Source of the DNA: Lama guanicoe
Taxonomy: Eukaryota
Direction of reading: 5' to 3'
DNA length: 64,000 nucleotides
Assembly: GCA_013239625.1 (NCBI GenBank)
Contig: MU056550.1
Span: 868,001 to 932,000 of the forward strand
In this document: positions 49,315 through 62,100 of the stretch, one piece after another
How positions within the stretch are numbered: position 1 is the first letter of the stretch
How the letters are laid out: each line of letters begins with the position of its first letter
Translations under genes and position numbers: made by a program
Notes under the pieces: generated by a model
Seen by the model: the letters and a program-made list of their open reading frames with translations, nothing else
Database searches by the model: none
What the model was told of the DNA's origin: nothing

Positions 49315-52300
49315 CTAGAGGATCACAGCCCAAGTGTCACAAGCCTGGATTTAAACAGAAGTTTAAGTTAGCTTAAGTTGCATTCCACTCATGAACATGA
49401 TCTCCATATGGTGAAAATGTAATGACCTTCACACTGCTTATGAGACGACGTCACGTTCAGTTACCACTGCACCAGGTTCAGTGGTGTGGTGACAGAGGCC
49501 GTGGGCGAGCCCTGGTCTCAGCTCCGCTGCACCTCTGTCCTGCAGCCTCAAAACCACTGCCTTAGGAAACCAGCAGCAGCAATGTAGTCCTCAAGCTGAG
49601 ATCAAACCCTGAAGGACTCACCCTCGGGGAACCGGTGACCAGAAGGACACAAACTTGACAGCTGGCAGCTTTTGTAGCCCGGCAGGGAAGTGAGGTTCAC
49701 GGGCATGTGTCACAGGGAGGAATAAACTGCATGCTCACCACAGGCAGAAGCAAGGAATGTTTGTTACCTTCCTTGGCCCTCATACGATCAGTGGGCACCC
49801 AGTATAAAGCTGGCCCGCGATTCCCTGACAGCTCAGCTGCATCACTGTCCTAAGAAATGTAGGCCTTGACTCCACTTTGTAGTTATATGCTTGGCTTTCT
49901 GGTGGTCTAGCATATTCCATCTAAGACTACTGTCCTCCCGTCTCAAACATTCCAAGTCCCTGTGGCCGTGTGTCACCATCTCTAACCTTTAAAAACCTGT
50001 GTCTAACCTATTTCTACCGTGGTGGGAATAAAACCACCCACTAACCCGCTCTCACCACTGGGTCCCCTGGGAGGCTTACCGGACAGCTCATGAGAAGACT
50101 GGGCTTTTCTTCTGTCCCTTCAGTGATGGAAAACGCTGGCGTGTGGGGACAGCATGCACTGTGCTCATTCACACTGTCTTCTAAATGGGCGCGAAGCTTT
50201 TGCTCTGTCAACTCTGGAGACTAAAAAAAGTTGAACTACAACCTAATCTTAGTCACCTCCTAGTCAACGGGTTGAAAATCCTGATTCTGGATTGATTCTT
50301 CATTTAAAAATGCTCTTGGGCTCATGACTGTGCTAAGAAGAAAACAATGTCCATCTAGCCGCCTCTCCAGGGGAACCAAGGCTCCCCACTCCTGCCATAA
50401 ACACACTGCCTGCTGCTCACAGCACCCAGAACGCTAAGGGCGGGGAGGCTTTCTAGCCTCGCCGCGTGTCTACCCCCACCAGCCAAATGTGCCCTTACTA
50501 AAGCCTTACCAGCGCTGCTTGGTCCCACGCCTGCTTGTACTGACTGCGCTTAATACTGTAACTGGGCGACTTAACTACGAACTATGTAAGCCAATGAAAT
50601 AAGAGAATGAAAACGAAAGTTTTGTTTTTATAAGTGGAATGTTTAGGAAACACTCAAAAAGACGAGTTGCTTTTTTTTAAAAAAAAAAACTGTTGAATTA
50701 GGTACAAGGAAGGAAAAATTCTAAAGTTGTGCATTCAGCTTCTTGATGCACTTTACAGAAACAAAACTGGAAATACTAGACGATGCGTTGTAAGAGTGGT
50801 TTATGTAAAAACAAAACAAAAATCCCTCAGCTTTCCAACTAGCAGAGCCCTGCTCAAGGCTTGGCAAATAAATGTATATGTTTGAAACTTACTATAAAAT
50901 ATTTCATTTGTTTAATTCACCAACTTAACCAACTGGCAAACTTTCCGTCCCCAACATGTCAGATAAGAGAGCTGCAGTTATTTTAGGGGCACTGAATCGC
51001 TGACACTGCAATTCTGAACATAGCTGGGTTTTCATATATGGTAACTTTTTACGGAAGATCTGATACAAGTGTTTCCAACTCTAAACTGGGCTCTACAAAG
51101 AACTTAAGCAGCAGTACATTAATAACTGCTTTGCGAATGGCTCGGGGAGGGGGCAGGGGATCAGGAACACCCTGATTTGTAACGCTTGCCAATTTCTGTA
51201 CTGTCTATATTCTCACCATGGCTGATTTCAAGCCACCAATGTGAACTGAACAAGAAGTTGGGAAGAGATGTGCGCACCACGGGAGGTTCTTTAAGAGATC
51301 AGCTGTATGTGGGGAGAGGTGACACCAGATCTGTGTGAGGAACACTCACATGAGATGGGAGGTACAGGCCACACTGACACACGACCACACCGCTCGTTAC
51401 TCTCAGGTTGTACCTAGAAGCAGAATTGGGATTCCAGAGCATTACGGCCAGCAGACCTGGGTCCCCAAATCTTCTCAGACAACAGATTTGAGGGGAGAGT
51501 CCACTCACCTTGGAGTGGGGGGTGGGAACAAATAATGCTGAAAATGTTGTGAAAAGTCTTACTTTGTACACACAGGACAGATGAGGGGATTTGCTTCCCA
51601 CTCAGCCAGCATGATGCTGAGACACTCTTCATCAAACTGCAAGCTCTTCTCGTACTCACTGATGATGGACTGTTCTGCAAGGCAAAGGACAGCCAGAGTG
51701 TTTCACCCCACGTCACCTGGACTGCCCTGCCCTGGATGCTAAGCTTCACCTTCAAAGGCTTCATCCATGCCTCCAAAATTCGCGCAAGGTCATGGTACCC
51801 ATCACTAGACCTTTACTGCTCTGTCAGGCCTCATCCTGTTGGATTCCTTCCCTCCCATCTGTCCTCCCCTTGTGAAGTGCTGGGACCGAGAGACAAGGAG
51901 ACAACTACACACAGCTCTGGAGGCTAGAGGGGCAGAGATGGAGAATGTTGGGGTCCCAGGGGCAGCTAGAGAAAGCTGACGCTGACAGAGCACTTACTTC
52001 TGACGCTACGAAACAAATCAATTTTTTTAGAAGAGAACTGAAATCAAGAAATCTACAGTCTAGCTGGAGTCAATACACCAATCATAACAACAACTAGCAC
52101 CTGCACAGCACTTACTATGTGACAAATGCTAGTTTAAGTCCTTTACATATTTGAACTTCTTTACTACTATTATCCTTATTTTAAAGATGAAGAAACTGAA
52201 GCACAGGGAGATTAATGGCCTTGCCCAGTGCCACACAAGTTAAAATGGTAGAGCTGAGAAGTGACTTTCAGCAGTCTGACCCGAGAGTCCACGCTCTTCC

Positions 52301-55300
52301 ATCCTCATGATAATAGCTTCATTTATTGAAAGCTGTCTATACACCAGGCACTGCTCTACATCTTCTACACATATTGTTTAAGCCTGCAAACAGATTTATA
52401 GAGTAGGTCTACTGTCTCTATTTAACAGGTGATAAAAACTAAGCCTAATCCGGAAGGGCAGGCTATGTGCAATAACTGACTTAGCTATACAAGGGGCTAA
52501 ATGCCGTGCTCCGTGGTGCTATGATGCCACAGGAAGCGGATTCTCACAAGACTCTTGGGAGTCAGTAAAGAATGCACAGCAGAGAAGGAATTTGAATTAG
52601 GCAGTGCAAGAGATCTGAGCATTCACTACCCTGTAAGGTGACAGGATTACTACTGATCTATTAATAGGGAAGTATTGTCAGACAGAATGAACATGGGGGC
52701 TGAATTCACAAAATTGATCTCACTTCCCAACTCCCCCACCAGCTGTGCAATCTGTGTAAGACGCCCCTCTCTTCCGTCTCACACTGCCTCATAGGGTAGA
52801 CGTAAGGAGGAAATGAGAGCACGGAATGAGAAGTCTGAGCACAAGGCTTGGCAACACTGAAGATTCTTATTACTGGGAAGACAGCCAGCCAAGACTTGAG
52901 AGTAAAAACAGAGACTTCTGGATGCTGGATTGAATATGGAAGTAGAGGAAGGGGAGCAAAGGGAGCTAAGAACTAACTCCATTTAGAAAAAAGGTCAGCA
53001 CTAGAGCAGCTGGAGATACAGGGAGGAAGGACTATTCCCGGGGTCACCTTGATCAATCAGCTCCTGTTGGATTTCCTCCAGCACAGCCAGGTCCATCGGC
53101 TCCTCCAACTGCAAGAGAAAGTGGGGTCATCAGAGGTATGAAGTTATGATCAGCTGACAAGACCCACAATGATTTATCCTTGGAGACTGGCTTGAAGAAC
53201 CCAGATTTAACTGAGGAAAACAGTCCAGTCCTTCTGCAGAATGTGTTGACAGTGCGGTAATGTGGCCATGATGAGAAGGCATCAACAAAAGATTAAACCA
53301 GCTGGTGACAAAGAATGGCACCAAATCTGGGAGAGACAGTATAGGGCGCAACTAAACGTGTGGTTCTGCCAAAGCTACCTGACCGCTAGAAAGTTCCTAA
53401 CCTCTGTAAACCTCAGTTTGGGCTTCTGTAAAGGGGGAATAGAACCCACCCGGGAGGGTTATTGCAAGCACTAATTGTGATTATGTAACGCAAACATCTG
53501 GCCTACTGTAGGACACCTAGAAAGCAACAAATAATGCATCTTTATTACAGAGAACCTTGATGTTTTCAAAGCAGTTTCCCACATGTTTTCTTACACTGTC
53601 CTCATCATACTGACGACATTATCTTCTTCATCTTAGAAATGTGAAAACTAATGCTCTAAGAGGCAGAGTTAAGGGTCAATAGCAAAACCGGGATCAGAAT
53701 TCCAGAACTACTGACCTCCAATCCAGTGCTTTTCCTAATACATGGTAAATGGCTTCCTATCCACCTCCAGCTCTCAACTCCAGCTGAGATTAGGATCAAA
53801 AGCTCCTGGAGACCTTTTTTTAAAAGAGAGGTTCCTGGCCCATCCCTACTGAATCAGAATTTCCAGAGGTGGAGCCAAGGAGTGAAATTTCTTCCTTTTT
53901 TGTTTCATAAGTGATTTGATGCAGTGTGCAGCAGGGCCACAGTTTGGTGTTTATAAAACTATTAACTAATCTAGATGAGTCTCACGTTAAAGGTAGAAGA
54001 ACCTGGGTCAAAGGTAAAGGCCCTAATCAGTTAGAATCCTGACTGGGGGCTGGAGGGTGGCTGGGTTTAGAGGACTTGGGGAAACAGAGGGAGGACACAA
54101 GGCATTCTAGATGCTTCAGCACCGTCCCTAAAAACACATATCCCAGGCTGACCTGAGCCAAGGCCTCTGGCCAGCTCTCTACCGACTGCAAAGCGTTCCA
54201 CTCTTCTTCCATCACCTCCTGCACTAGAAGGGTTTTCTGAGCTCCCGCTGGCATACTGCCTCCAGCCTGGCGGTATTTGTTCAGGAGCCTGTCCCGGCTA
54301 TTTCTCATTCTCTCTAGGCATCCCTTGGAAGAAAAAGATTGGGAAAAGGGAAAACAAAAAACAAAAAACAAAAACCCTCTTAAATTAGTTGTTAAAACAT
54401 TAAAGGAAATTTATAGACACCATATTTCAACTATAATCCTAACTATTACTATTTTGGTACCATCTTCTTCAGTCCTTATCCACATGTAGGTGGGTGAAAT
54501 TACAGTGCTTGTAATGCATATATTTTCAGATCATGTTTCCTAGCTGATCTTCTGTGCCAGCTTCCTTAATGGTTGGATGACAGCTCAGCATCCACTGTGC
54601 TATCAGGACAGTTAAGATGCTTCCAAATTCTTGCTACTTTAGTTATGGTAACCACCTTCCTGTATGTTTCTCAACTTTGGGCAATCTTGCCCCCTAGGGA
54701 ATATGTGGCAAAGCCTGGAGACATTTTTGGTTGTCACAACTTCAGTTGTAGGGCTATTGAAATCTAGTAAGTACGCAGAGGCCAGGGACGCTGCTAAACA
54801 TCCTATAACCCCAGAACAGCCGAACACAACAAAGACCTATCTTCTTCAAAATGTCAAGAGCCAAGGCGGAGAAACTGCTGTAGACAGTCATTTCCAGGAT
54901 CAGATTATTCCCCTGGGATATATCACTTCAGAGATCCCTAGAAAGACAGGCCATGTTACTTACAGGAACCAGGCTGAGCTGAGAATAGGTCAGAACTGAC
55001 TGTAAGGTACAACAATGCCAATGCTTGGTAACAGAGGCTCCGAAGAAATAGTTTGGAATAGAAATAATTTCCGGAATGAGAAATAATGTCTAATTACATC
55101 TCTCTGGAATAGAAATAACGTCTCTCTCGCATGCGGTGCGTAGACAAGGTGCCCCTCTGGGTGCCCACCGACCCGACAACAGCAGGTGGTGGTGGTGGTA
55201 CTGTAACGGTGCAGAGGTGCGGTCACCACATTTCACATAGGAAACAAACCCGAATCCAAAATGAAGACTTCCTTCCTGGGCTGGCCCGGCCCGGCCCGTG

Positions 55301-55590
55301 CTCATCCCACACCCAGCGGTCCAGAGACTCCGGGAGAAGGTCAGGCGGTGGCCGAGGCCCAGACCCACAGGCTAGGGGGCTGGCTTCCAGGTCCACCGCC
55401 ACCGGTACCTGCCTCACCCGGCTCGGCTGAGGGAAGGCACGGAAGAGAGTGGTTCCCAGGACGGATTAGGGGAGTGACGATAGCCCGGCCAAGGCTTCCC
55501 AAACCCCACATTCACCTGCCTGAACGTCTCTTTCCAAGGCGGCGAGCCAACCGGTTTATACAGCGAGCGGTGCCGAGACGGCTCTGCCAT
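49315..55590 (-). CDS. RPAIN: RPA-interacting protein, 217 aa: complement(join(49315..49344,50080..50220,51350..51413,51563..51674,53048..53108,54153..54323,55516..55590))
   Basis: [44 protein letters not shown]...[27 protein letters not shown]...[11 protein letters not shown]...CQCG...[14 protein letters not shown]. Seven GT-AG exons in phase, 654 nt. Confidence 0.95.
52085..52300 (-). mobile_element. MIR SINE
   Basis: tattatccttattttaaagatgaagaaactgaagcacagggagattaatggccttgcccag. Confidence 0.75.
54663..54880. mobile_element. MER20-like hAT-Charlie element
   Basis: tttctcaactttgggcaatcttgccccc...tggagacatttttggttgtcacaact...gaggccagggacgctgctaaacatcctataa...gagaaactgctg. Confidence 0.8.
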
Positions 55591-56190
55591 GGTCTTTTCC
55601 CGGGAGCAGCAGCAGAAAGCCCCGCCCTCTGGGCCCGCGCAGAATCCTGGGAGTTGTAGTTCCTAGCGGGGACTGACCACACGGGATCGCAGAGAATTCT
55701 GGCAAGCGTTGTCCTACCGGCCAGCCCGACACAAGAGACAAATTTGGGCAACCCCAGGATGGGTGAGTGAAGTACTGGCATTTGTGGGGTTTAGCCAACC
55801 TGGATGGGGGGGTCAGTCTTGAGGGAAGGCTTTGGATGGCTAGGTTTATCCAGGTGGAGGTGTCCAATAAGCAATCAGATACCCAGGTCTCCGCTACCCC
55901 GACCAGGTACTAGACTTCCCGCAAACCTGAAGCTTGCTTTAAGCATGCGCTGGTCTGTTGACTTTCTCGTCCCGCCCCCACTGGCTTCCGAGTAAATGTT
56001 TGACTGGTGATTGGCTGTCCTCTGTCCATGTCGCTGCCTGATGGGCTGGCCTCCTCTTCGCCCCGCCCCTAGCTCTGTCTCGCGGTTGAGGGAGACCTGC
56101 TCGATGATTGGCCAGTGGACAGCTGGCCGTGGATTGGCTGCGCTCAGCCGCGGGCTGAGCAACTGGGCGAAGGAGAGGTGTTGGACCAAG
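55591..56190. promoter_or_regulatory. CpG-island bidirectional promoter of RPAIN and NUP88
   Basis: 600 bp between divergent ATGs; ZNF143/THAP11 motif (ACTACAACTCCCA on the minus strand, 55648-55660); several ATTGG; GC boxes; YY1-like CAAGATGGCGGC over the NUP88 ATG. Confidence 0.85.
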
Positions 56191-59100
56191 ATGGCGGCCG
56201 CCGAAGGACTCGCGGGCGACGGCGAACTGTGGCAGACCTGGCTGCCTAACCACGCCGTGTTCTTGCGGCTCCGGGAGGGACTGAAAAACCAGAGCCCAGC
56301 CGAAGCTGAGAAGCCGGCTTCTTCTTCATTGCCTTCGTCGTCGCCGCCGCTGCCGCCGCAGTCGCTGACGAGAAACCTGGTCTTAGGCCTCGGCGGAGAG
56401 CTCTTCCTGTGGGACGGAGAAGGCAGCTCCTTCTTAGTCGTGCGCCTTCGGGGCCTCAGCTGCGCCAGTGAGGAGCCTTCCCTCTCCCAGTACCAGGTAC
56501 GGCCAGGCTGGTCTTGGAAATGACCCTCAGCTGGGATATGAACTAGCATTTTTGTTTCCCGTCCTGGCTAGTTTTCGTCTGCCGGGAGGGATGCTATTAA
56601 GTGGACGCAGACGTCCTTTGGGACGTCCAGCTTCGAGTGGAAAAGTCTCCTCCTCCTTATGTCCATTCCGCTAGAACATGTCCACAGAACCTTTTCAAGG
56701 CTCTCTTTCTGTGTTTCACTCTTTCGACAAACGTTCATTGACTCCGACACTGTGCCGGGTGCTGTGATAGGAACTAACGCGCTCAAGGTGCTTAAGTTCT
56801 TGGAGTCCGGGAGGAAGGGACGGACCATGGAATAACACTAAAACGTCAGGTGCTCTGAAGAAAAACAAACCAGGGTTAAGGGGATAGAGAGTGGAGGTGC
56901 AGTTGCTATTTTTAGGAGGTTGGTCCTGAGAAACCTTTCTCCTGATGTCACACTCATAATAGAGACAATCCTAACTTTCTCTTGGGGTTGTTGTGAGCAT
57001 CAAGTCGGGGGGTAAATTTGAAAGCATCGAGTTTCGTGCCTGACATGGAGGAGGAATTCACTGTTAATTCTTTTCCCCTTCTAAGAAATTAGGCCATCCC
57101 CACAGTTGAAAGGAATTTTTGCTTGTTTTTGATAAGCCAACAGCATGTGAAAGTGGGTGTGATCCGAAAGAATTCCAGACTTTTTGTACTCAAACACTAC
57201 TTTATGGAAGTGTTTATTTGTAATAAACCCATTGTCGTCTTTTAGACATTAAAAAATGTAGAACAAAAACCAAAAACGCGGCACGCATTCTAATGCATGG
57301 CATCTATTGTGTGCCGTTGTTTGATTCTTGTTGATGAGAAATGATTTGAATTTAATAAGGTGCTAGCAGTGTTTGTGCAGTTTTGGAAGTCGGTCACAAG
57401 TCTACAATCTACTGACGGCAAAATTTCAGTTTGTAAGAGTAATTATCAGATGCTCAGCACACGGTATTACCAGAGCACCCTATGTTGCTATGCTGAATTT
57501 TGCACAGTCATCATTAAATTATTTATACTCGTTTGTTTATTATCTGAATTATTTTCTAGACTGTAAGCACCAAGGCAGGGGCTGTGTCTGCCTTACTTAT
57601 TTTTGTATCCCCAGTACTTCAACATGCCTGGAACATATTAGCTCTCAGTAAATATTGATGACTGTCTGAATGACGCTCAATCCTCCAGAATCTCAGAAAC
57701 TCAGAGATAAACAAAGCAGTTTAGTGTGAGTTGTGACTTTAAATGAAACAAAAACATGAGCAGTGACTTTAAAAAACCAAATCAAGTGAAACCAAAAAAC
57801 TCTTAAGTACTGTGATTATCACAAATGATTAAGTAATCTAGGGTGATTAAGTTAGATTGTATATATAGCTGAAGAAAGGTGGCCTTTGAGATAGACTGTT
57901 AGAATCAAGTAGGGAAAAGATTGAGAAGATAGGGAAAAGAGGGAAAGAATCTCTGACAGGAGAAAAAAACCAATTTGATTAGCATCAGCAAAGGGCAGCT
58001 AAAACAAACCAACCCCAAACCCCCAAATTACAGACATTAGTAACAATTAATAGAAATCTCATATTCTACAGTCTTGTCTAAAAAGATCTTTGGCTTAGGG
58101 TGATTCTCTGTACATAAGAATAAGCAATACAGTGGTAATCTCATGGTTTATTACTGAACTTAGAAAAGAAAATGGCAATTTGAGATGCTCATGAGAAGGA
58201 ATAGGAAGAAGTGCATTATTTTTGAGGGCAAATGATGCCGAGACTAACAGCTTAACAGAACCCCGTGAAAATATCACTTTTCTGTATTAAATCTGCTTAG
58301 GTAAAGCAGCATTTTACTTGCTGCAGAAGCTTTTGAAGCCATTCTCTATCTTATAGTACTATTTATAACAGTAATTATCATTTACTAGTACTTCTGAGTT
58401 CTTTATCTGTTCGCTAAAACATATATTGAGAGTCAGTCAGCAGTATGCCATGTATACTATGCTAAGGATACAGAGAGGAAAGACATAGATCTCAAATAAT
58501 TCATAGTTAGTTGTGTGGGATGAGCGAATAAAAGGGTAATTAGAAGGAAATATGATAAGGACTGTAATAGAATTATCCAGTGTGTGCTATAGGAGTGCAG
58601 AAAAGATGCATTAACTCCTGGCCAGAAGATCAGGGATATTTTCTTGGGAGAAAAGTGTATAGAAGCAGAGTCTCCAAGAATATGTTAGCCAGCTAAAAAA
58701 AGAAGATGAGACCATTGCAGGAAGAACAGCTGTGCAAAGACATGAGGCACAACAAAGCATGATTTCCCAGAAGTGGAAGTTAATCTGATTGGAGTATAAA
58801 GTACCAGAAGGAAGTGGTGGAGAGTTGACAAATAAACTATTTTGACCAGTTTGNNNNNNNNNNNNNNNNNNNNNNNNNNNNNNNNNNNNNNNNNNNNNNN
58901 NNNNNNNNNNNNNNNNNNNNNNNNNNNNNNNNNNNNNNNNNNNNNNNNNNNNNNNNNNNNNNNNNNNNNNNNNNNNNNNNNNNNNNNNNNNNNNNNNNNN
59001 NNNNNNNNNNNNNNNNNNNNNNNNNNNNNNNNNNNNNNNNNNNNNNNNNNNNNNNNNTATTTATCTGTATAATTTGCAATACATGCAGAAAATTGTTTAA

Positions 59101-62100
59101 GACTGGTAATTCTTAAGGTGTGTTTACTCTGTTACTATTGAATCATCAGAATACTCCAGATGGTCTGCACACTGGCATCTTGTGATAATAGTGTTTATAA
59201 TACATTTGTGATTGCACTTTTATTCTACCTAAGTTATCACATTGCTGTCTCATTGGAAGTCAGGCTGTTTTTTCAAGAAGGTTGAAATAAGATGTTTTAA
59301 AAGCACTTATTACCCATGAGCCAGACAGTTTGCTCATAAGTATAACTTTTTTTCCCCCTTTTTCAACGAATCCTGAAAAATGAGAGTCTGTAAGATCTCC
59401 TGAAAAGAATATAGCTCCACAACTTACAGGTTGGGCCCCTTTAAAATGCTTCCTTTCTAAATCTGTTTCCTCATTTCCACAATAACAATGATAATATACG
59501 CCCAGTACCGTTTCCTTAGAAGGTTACTGCAAGGATCAAATAAAATCCTATGTCTAAAATCACTTGTGAAGTACAGTATAAAATACTCTACAATTTAGAA
59601 AATATTTTCATTTTGATTCTTTGATATTGATTAATGGATGTTTGGAATGCTCTCTCAGCAAGATTTAAAAAAAATTAGAAGGAAAGAAGAGCAAAGTGTT
59701 TAAGATAGATTTTCCCTAGAAGATGATTCATCACAGTTTTGGAAAATTGTCTTTGTTTTAGCACCACTCCAATTGCTGAGAGACTTTTCACCAGTTCTAC
59801 CTCTCTGACTCTAAAGCATGCTGCCTGGTATCCAAGTGAGATGCTGGATCCCCACATAGTGTTGTTAACATCAGACAATGTAATAAGGTAAATTTTATTT
59901 TTATCTCATAGCTTTGTGACTGGAAAGATTCTGGTTCTGGTCACCAGTTAATAGCTCAGGGTACCACTCAATGGATCATTAGATGTTGGAAATGCTTTAT
60001 CTGATGGCTGTTGTCATCCATTCTCAATCGTATAAATCAACCAGCTGCCCTAACTTACGTGCCTTAATTACAGCTGTTGCCTCTCAACTAGTCTTCCTGT
60101 CTCCAGGCTCTCCTTTCCCAATCTGACCTATAAAAATCTTCCTAAAACCATTTTCATTAAGTCACTCTATTGGAGGTAATGTAGCATACGGGAAAGAGTA
60201 TATAATTGGAATGTGAACTCTTGTCCCAAGGTCACTTCTGTCTTTGGGATATTAAAAACTTGGGCACTTTGGTTTCCAGTTTGTCAAATGAGCAGGTTTG
60301 ATTTGATCACTTCTAAAGCCCCCTCCAGGTTTTGTACCCTAAGATTAAAGGTTTTAATCCTACAGAGATTTCTGTTATATCATAGTTAACTTTCTGGATC
60401 TGCCTTATGTAAAAAGTTTATTGGGGAGACTCAACTATCTGATGTACAGATTCCTTCAATTTTACTTTTTCTAATTACTGCTTTTAACTGTGCTCTACCA
60501 AATCTTCTTTTGCTGCTGAATGGTTGATCCCTTAATAGCTTCTTACACAGATTTTATAGATTTCTGGTTACTTTTAGTTATTAAAACTTAGTCTGTCCAG
60601 TTTAAAACTCTGATCTCAAATTCATTTCAGAACTATATGCTGGCCCTGTGACAGGTGAGACCTTGAGGGACTGGAATGAGTTGAGGGGGCATGATCTGCT
60701 CTTTGACTCTTCTTTCTGTCCCAGCACTTTGAGGTGGGGGTTGGAAGGATAAGGAGGGGAGCTGTTACACCCTTCCTCTGGGTCTGGCTTCCTCAGTAGT
60801 GGGGTGGGGAGACTGCGATAGCAGAGGCAGACATCTTACCTAACTGATAGTCCATCCGTGATGGGCAGGGGACATGTCCCTTATCCTGGTTTACTCTCGT
60901 TCCCTCTGCTGCCAGTGGCCTCTGTTGATGTGGTAGTCTGTGCAAACGGTGTGCAGTTCTTTCAGGGGCAATATTTGGCCTTTAGCTCCCTCCATCACCG
61001 AGAGTTCTGTCTCCTTCTGGCTCTATCAGTTGTCCGTGCCCTCAGGCCTCTTCAGAATGGAATATCCTCAAGCTTGGCATCTACTGCCTTCTCAACCTGT
61101 TATGGTCTTTCATATGGAGTCTTTCTTGTGTGTGTGTGTGTTTATTTATTTATTTGTTTATTGAGGTATAGTCAGTTTACAATGTTGTGTCAGCATAATG
61201 CTTCATATGTGAATATACATATATTATTCTTTTCACCATAGGTTACTACAAGATATTGAATATAGTTCCCTGTGCTATACACTATGAACTTGTTTATCAA
61301 TTTTATATATACTAGTTAGTATCTGCAACTCTCAAACTCCCAATTTATCCCTTCCCAGCCCCTTTCCCTACTGGTAACTGTAAGTTTGTTCTCTATGTCT
61401 ATGAGTCTGTTTCTGTTTTGTAAGTTTGTTTCTCTCTCTTTGTTTTTAGATTCCATATATAAGTGATGTCATATGGTATTTTTCTTTCTCTTTCTGGCTT
61501 ATCTCACTTAGAANNNNNNNNNNNNNNNNNNNNNNNNNNNNNNNNNNNNNNNNNNNNNNNNNNNNNNNNNNNNNNNNNNNNNNNNNNNNNNNNNNNNNNN
61601 NNNNNNNNNNNNNNNNNNNNNNNNNNNNNNNNNNNNNNNNNNNNNNNNNNNNNNNNNNNNNNNNNNNNNNNNNNNNNNNNNNNNNNNNNNNNNNNNNCTT
61701 TTCAATTTAGAGTTCTCTCAGGATATATGCCAGGAGTAGGGTTGCTAGATCATATTGTAAGTCTATTTTAAGTCTTTTGAGGACTCTCCATACTGTTTTC
61801 CATAACGGCTGCACCAAACTACATTCCCACCAGTGTAGGAGGGTTCCCTTTTCTCCACACCCTCGCCAGCATTTATGGTTTGTGGACTTTTGAATGATGG
61901 CTCTTCTGACTGGTGTGAGGTGATACCTCATTGTAGTTTTGATTTGCATTTTTCTGATAATTAACGATATTGAGTATTTTTTCATGTGCCTGTTGTCCAT
62001 TTGTCTTCATTGGAGAATTGCTTGTTTAGGTTTTTTGCCCATTTTTGGACTGGGTTGTTTGTTTTTTTCTTATTAAGTTGTATGAGCTGTTTATATGTTC

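Noticed and set aside
55875-56549. 224-aa minus-strand ORF, and similar long ORFs at 25554-26138 and 43891-44619
   Set aside because: Stop-poor CpG-island sequence overlapping real first exons; low-complexity Pro/Arg/Ala/Gly translations.
60640-61130. Possible old LTR fragment in NUP88 intron 3
   Set aside because: Composition is suggestive, but I could not identify termini or a family without a repeat search.
4761-61771. ORFs containing poly-X in the ORF track
   Set aside because: Artefacts of translating through N gaps.
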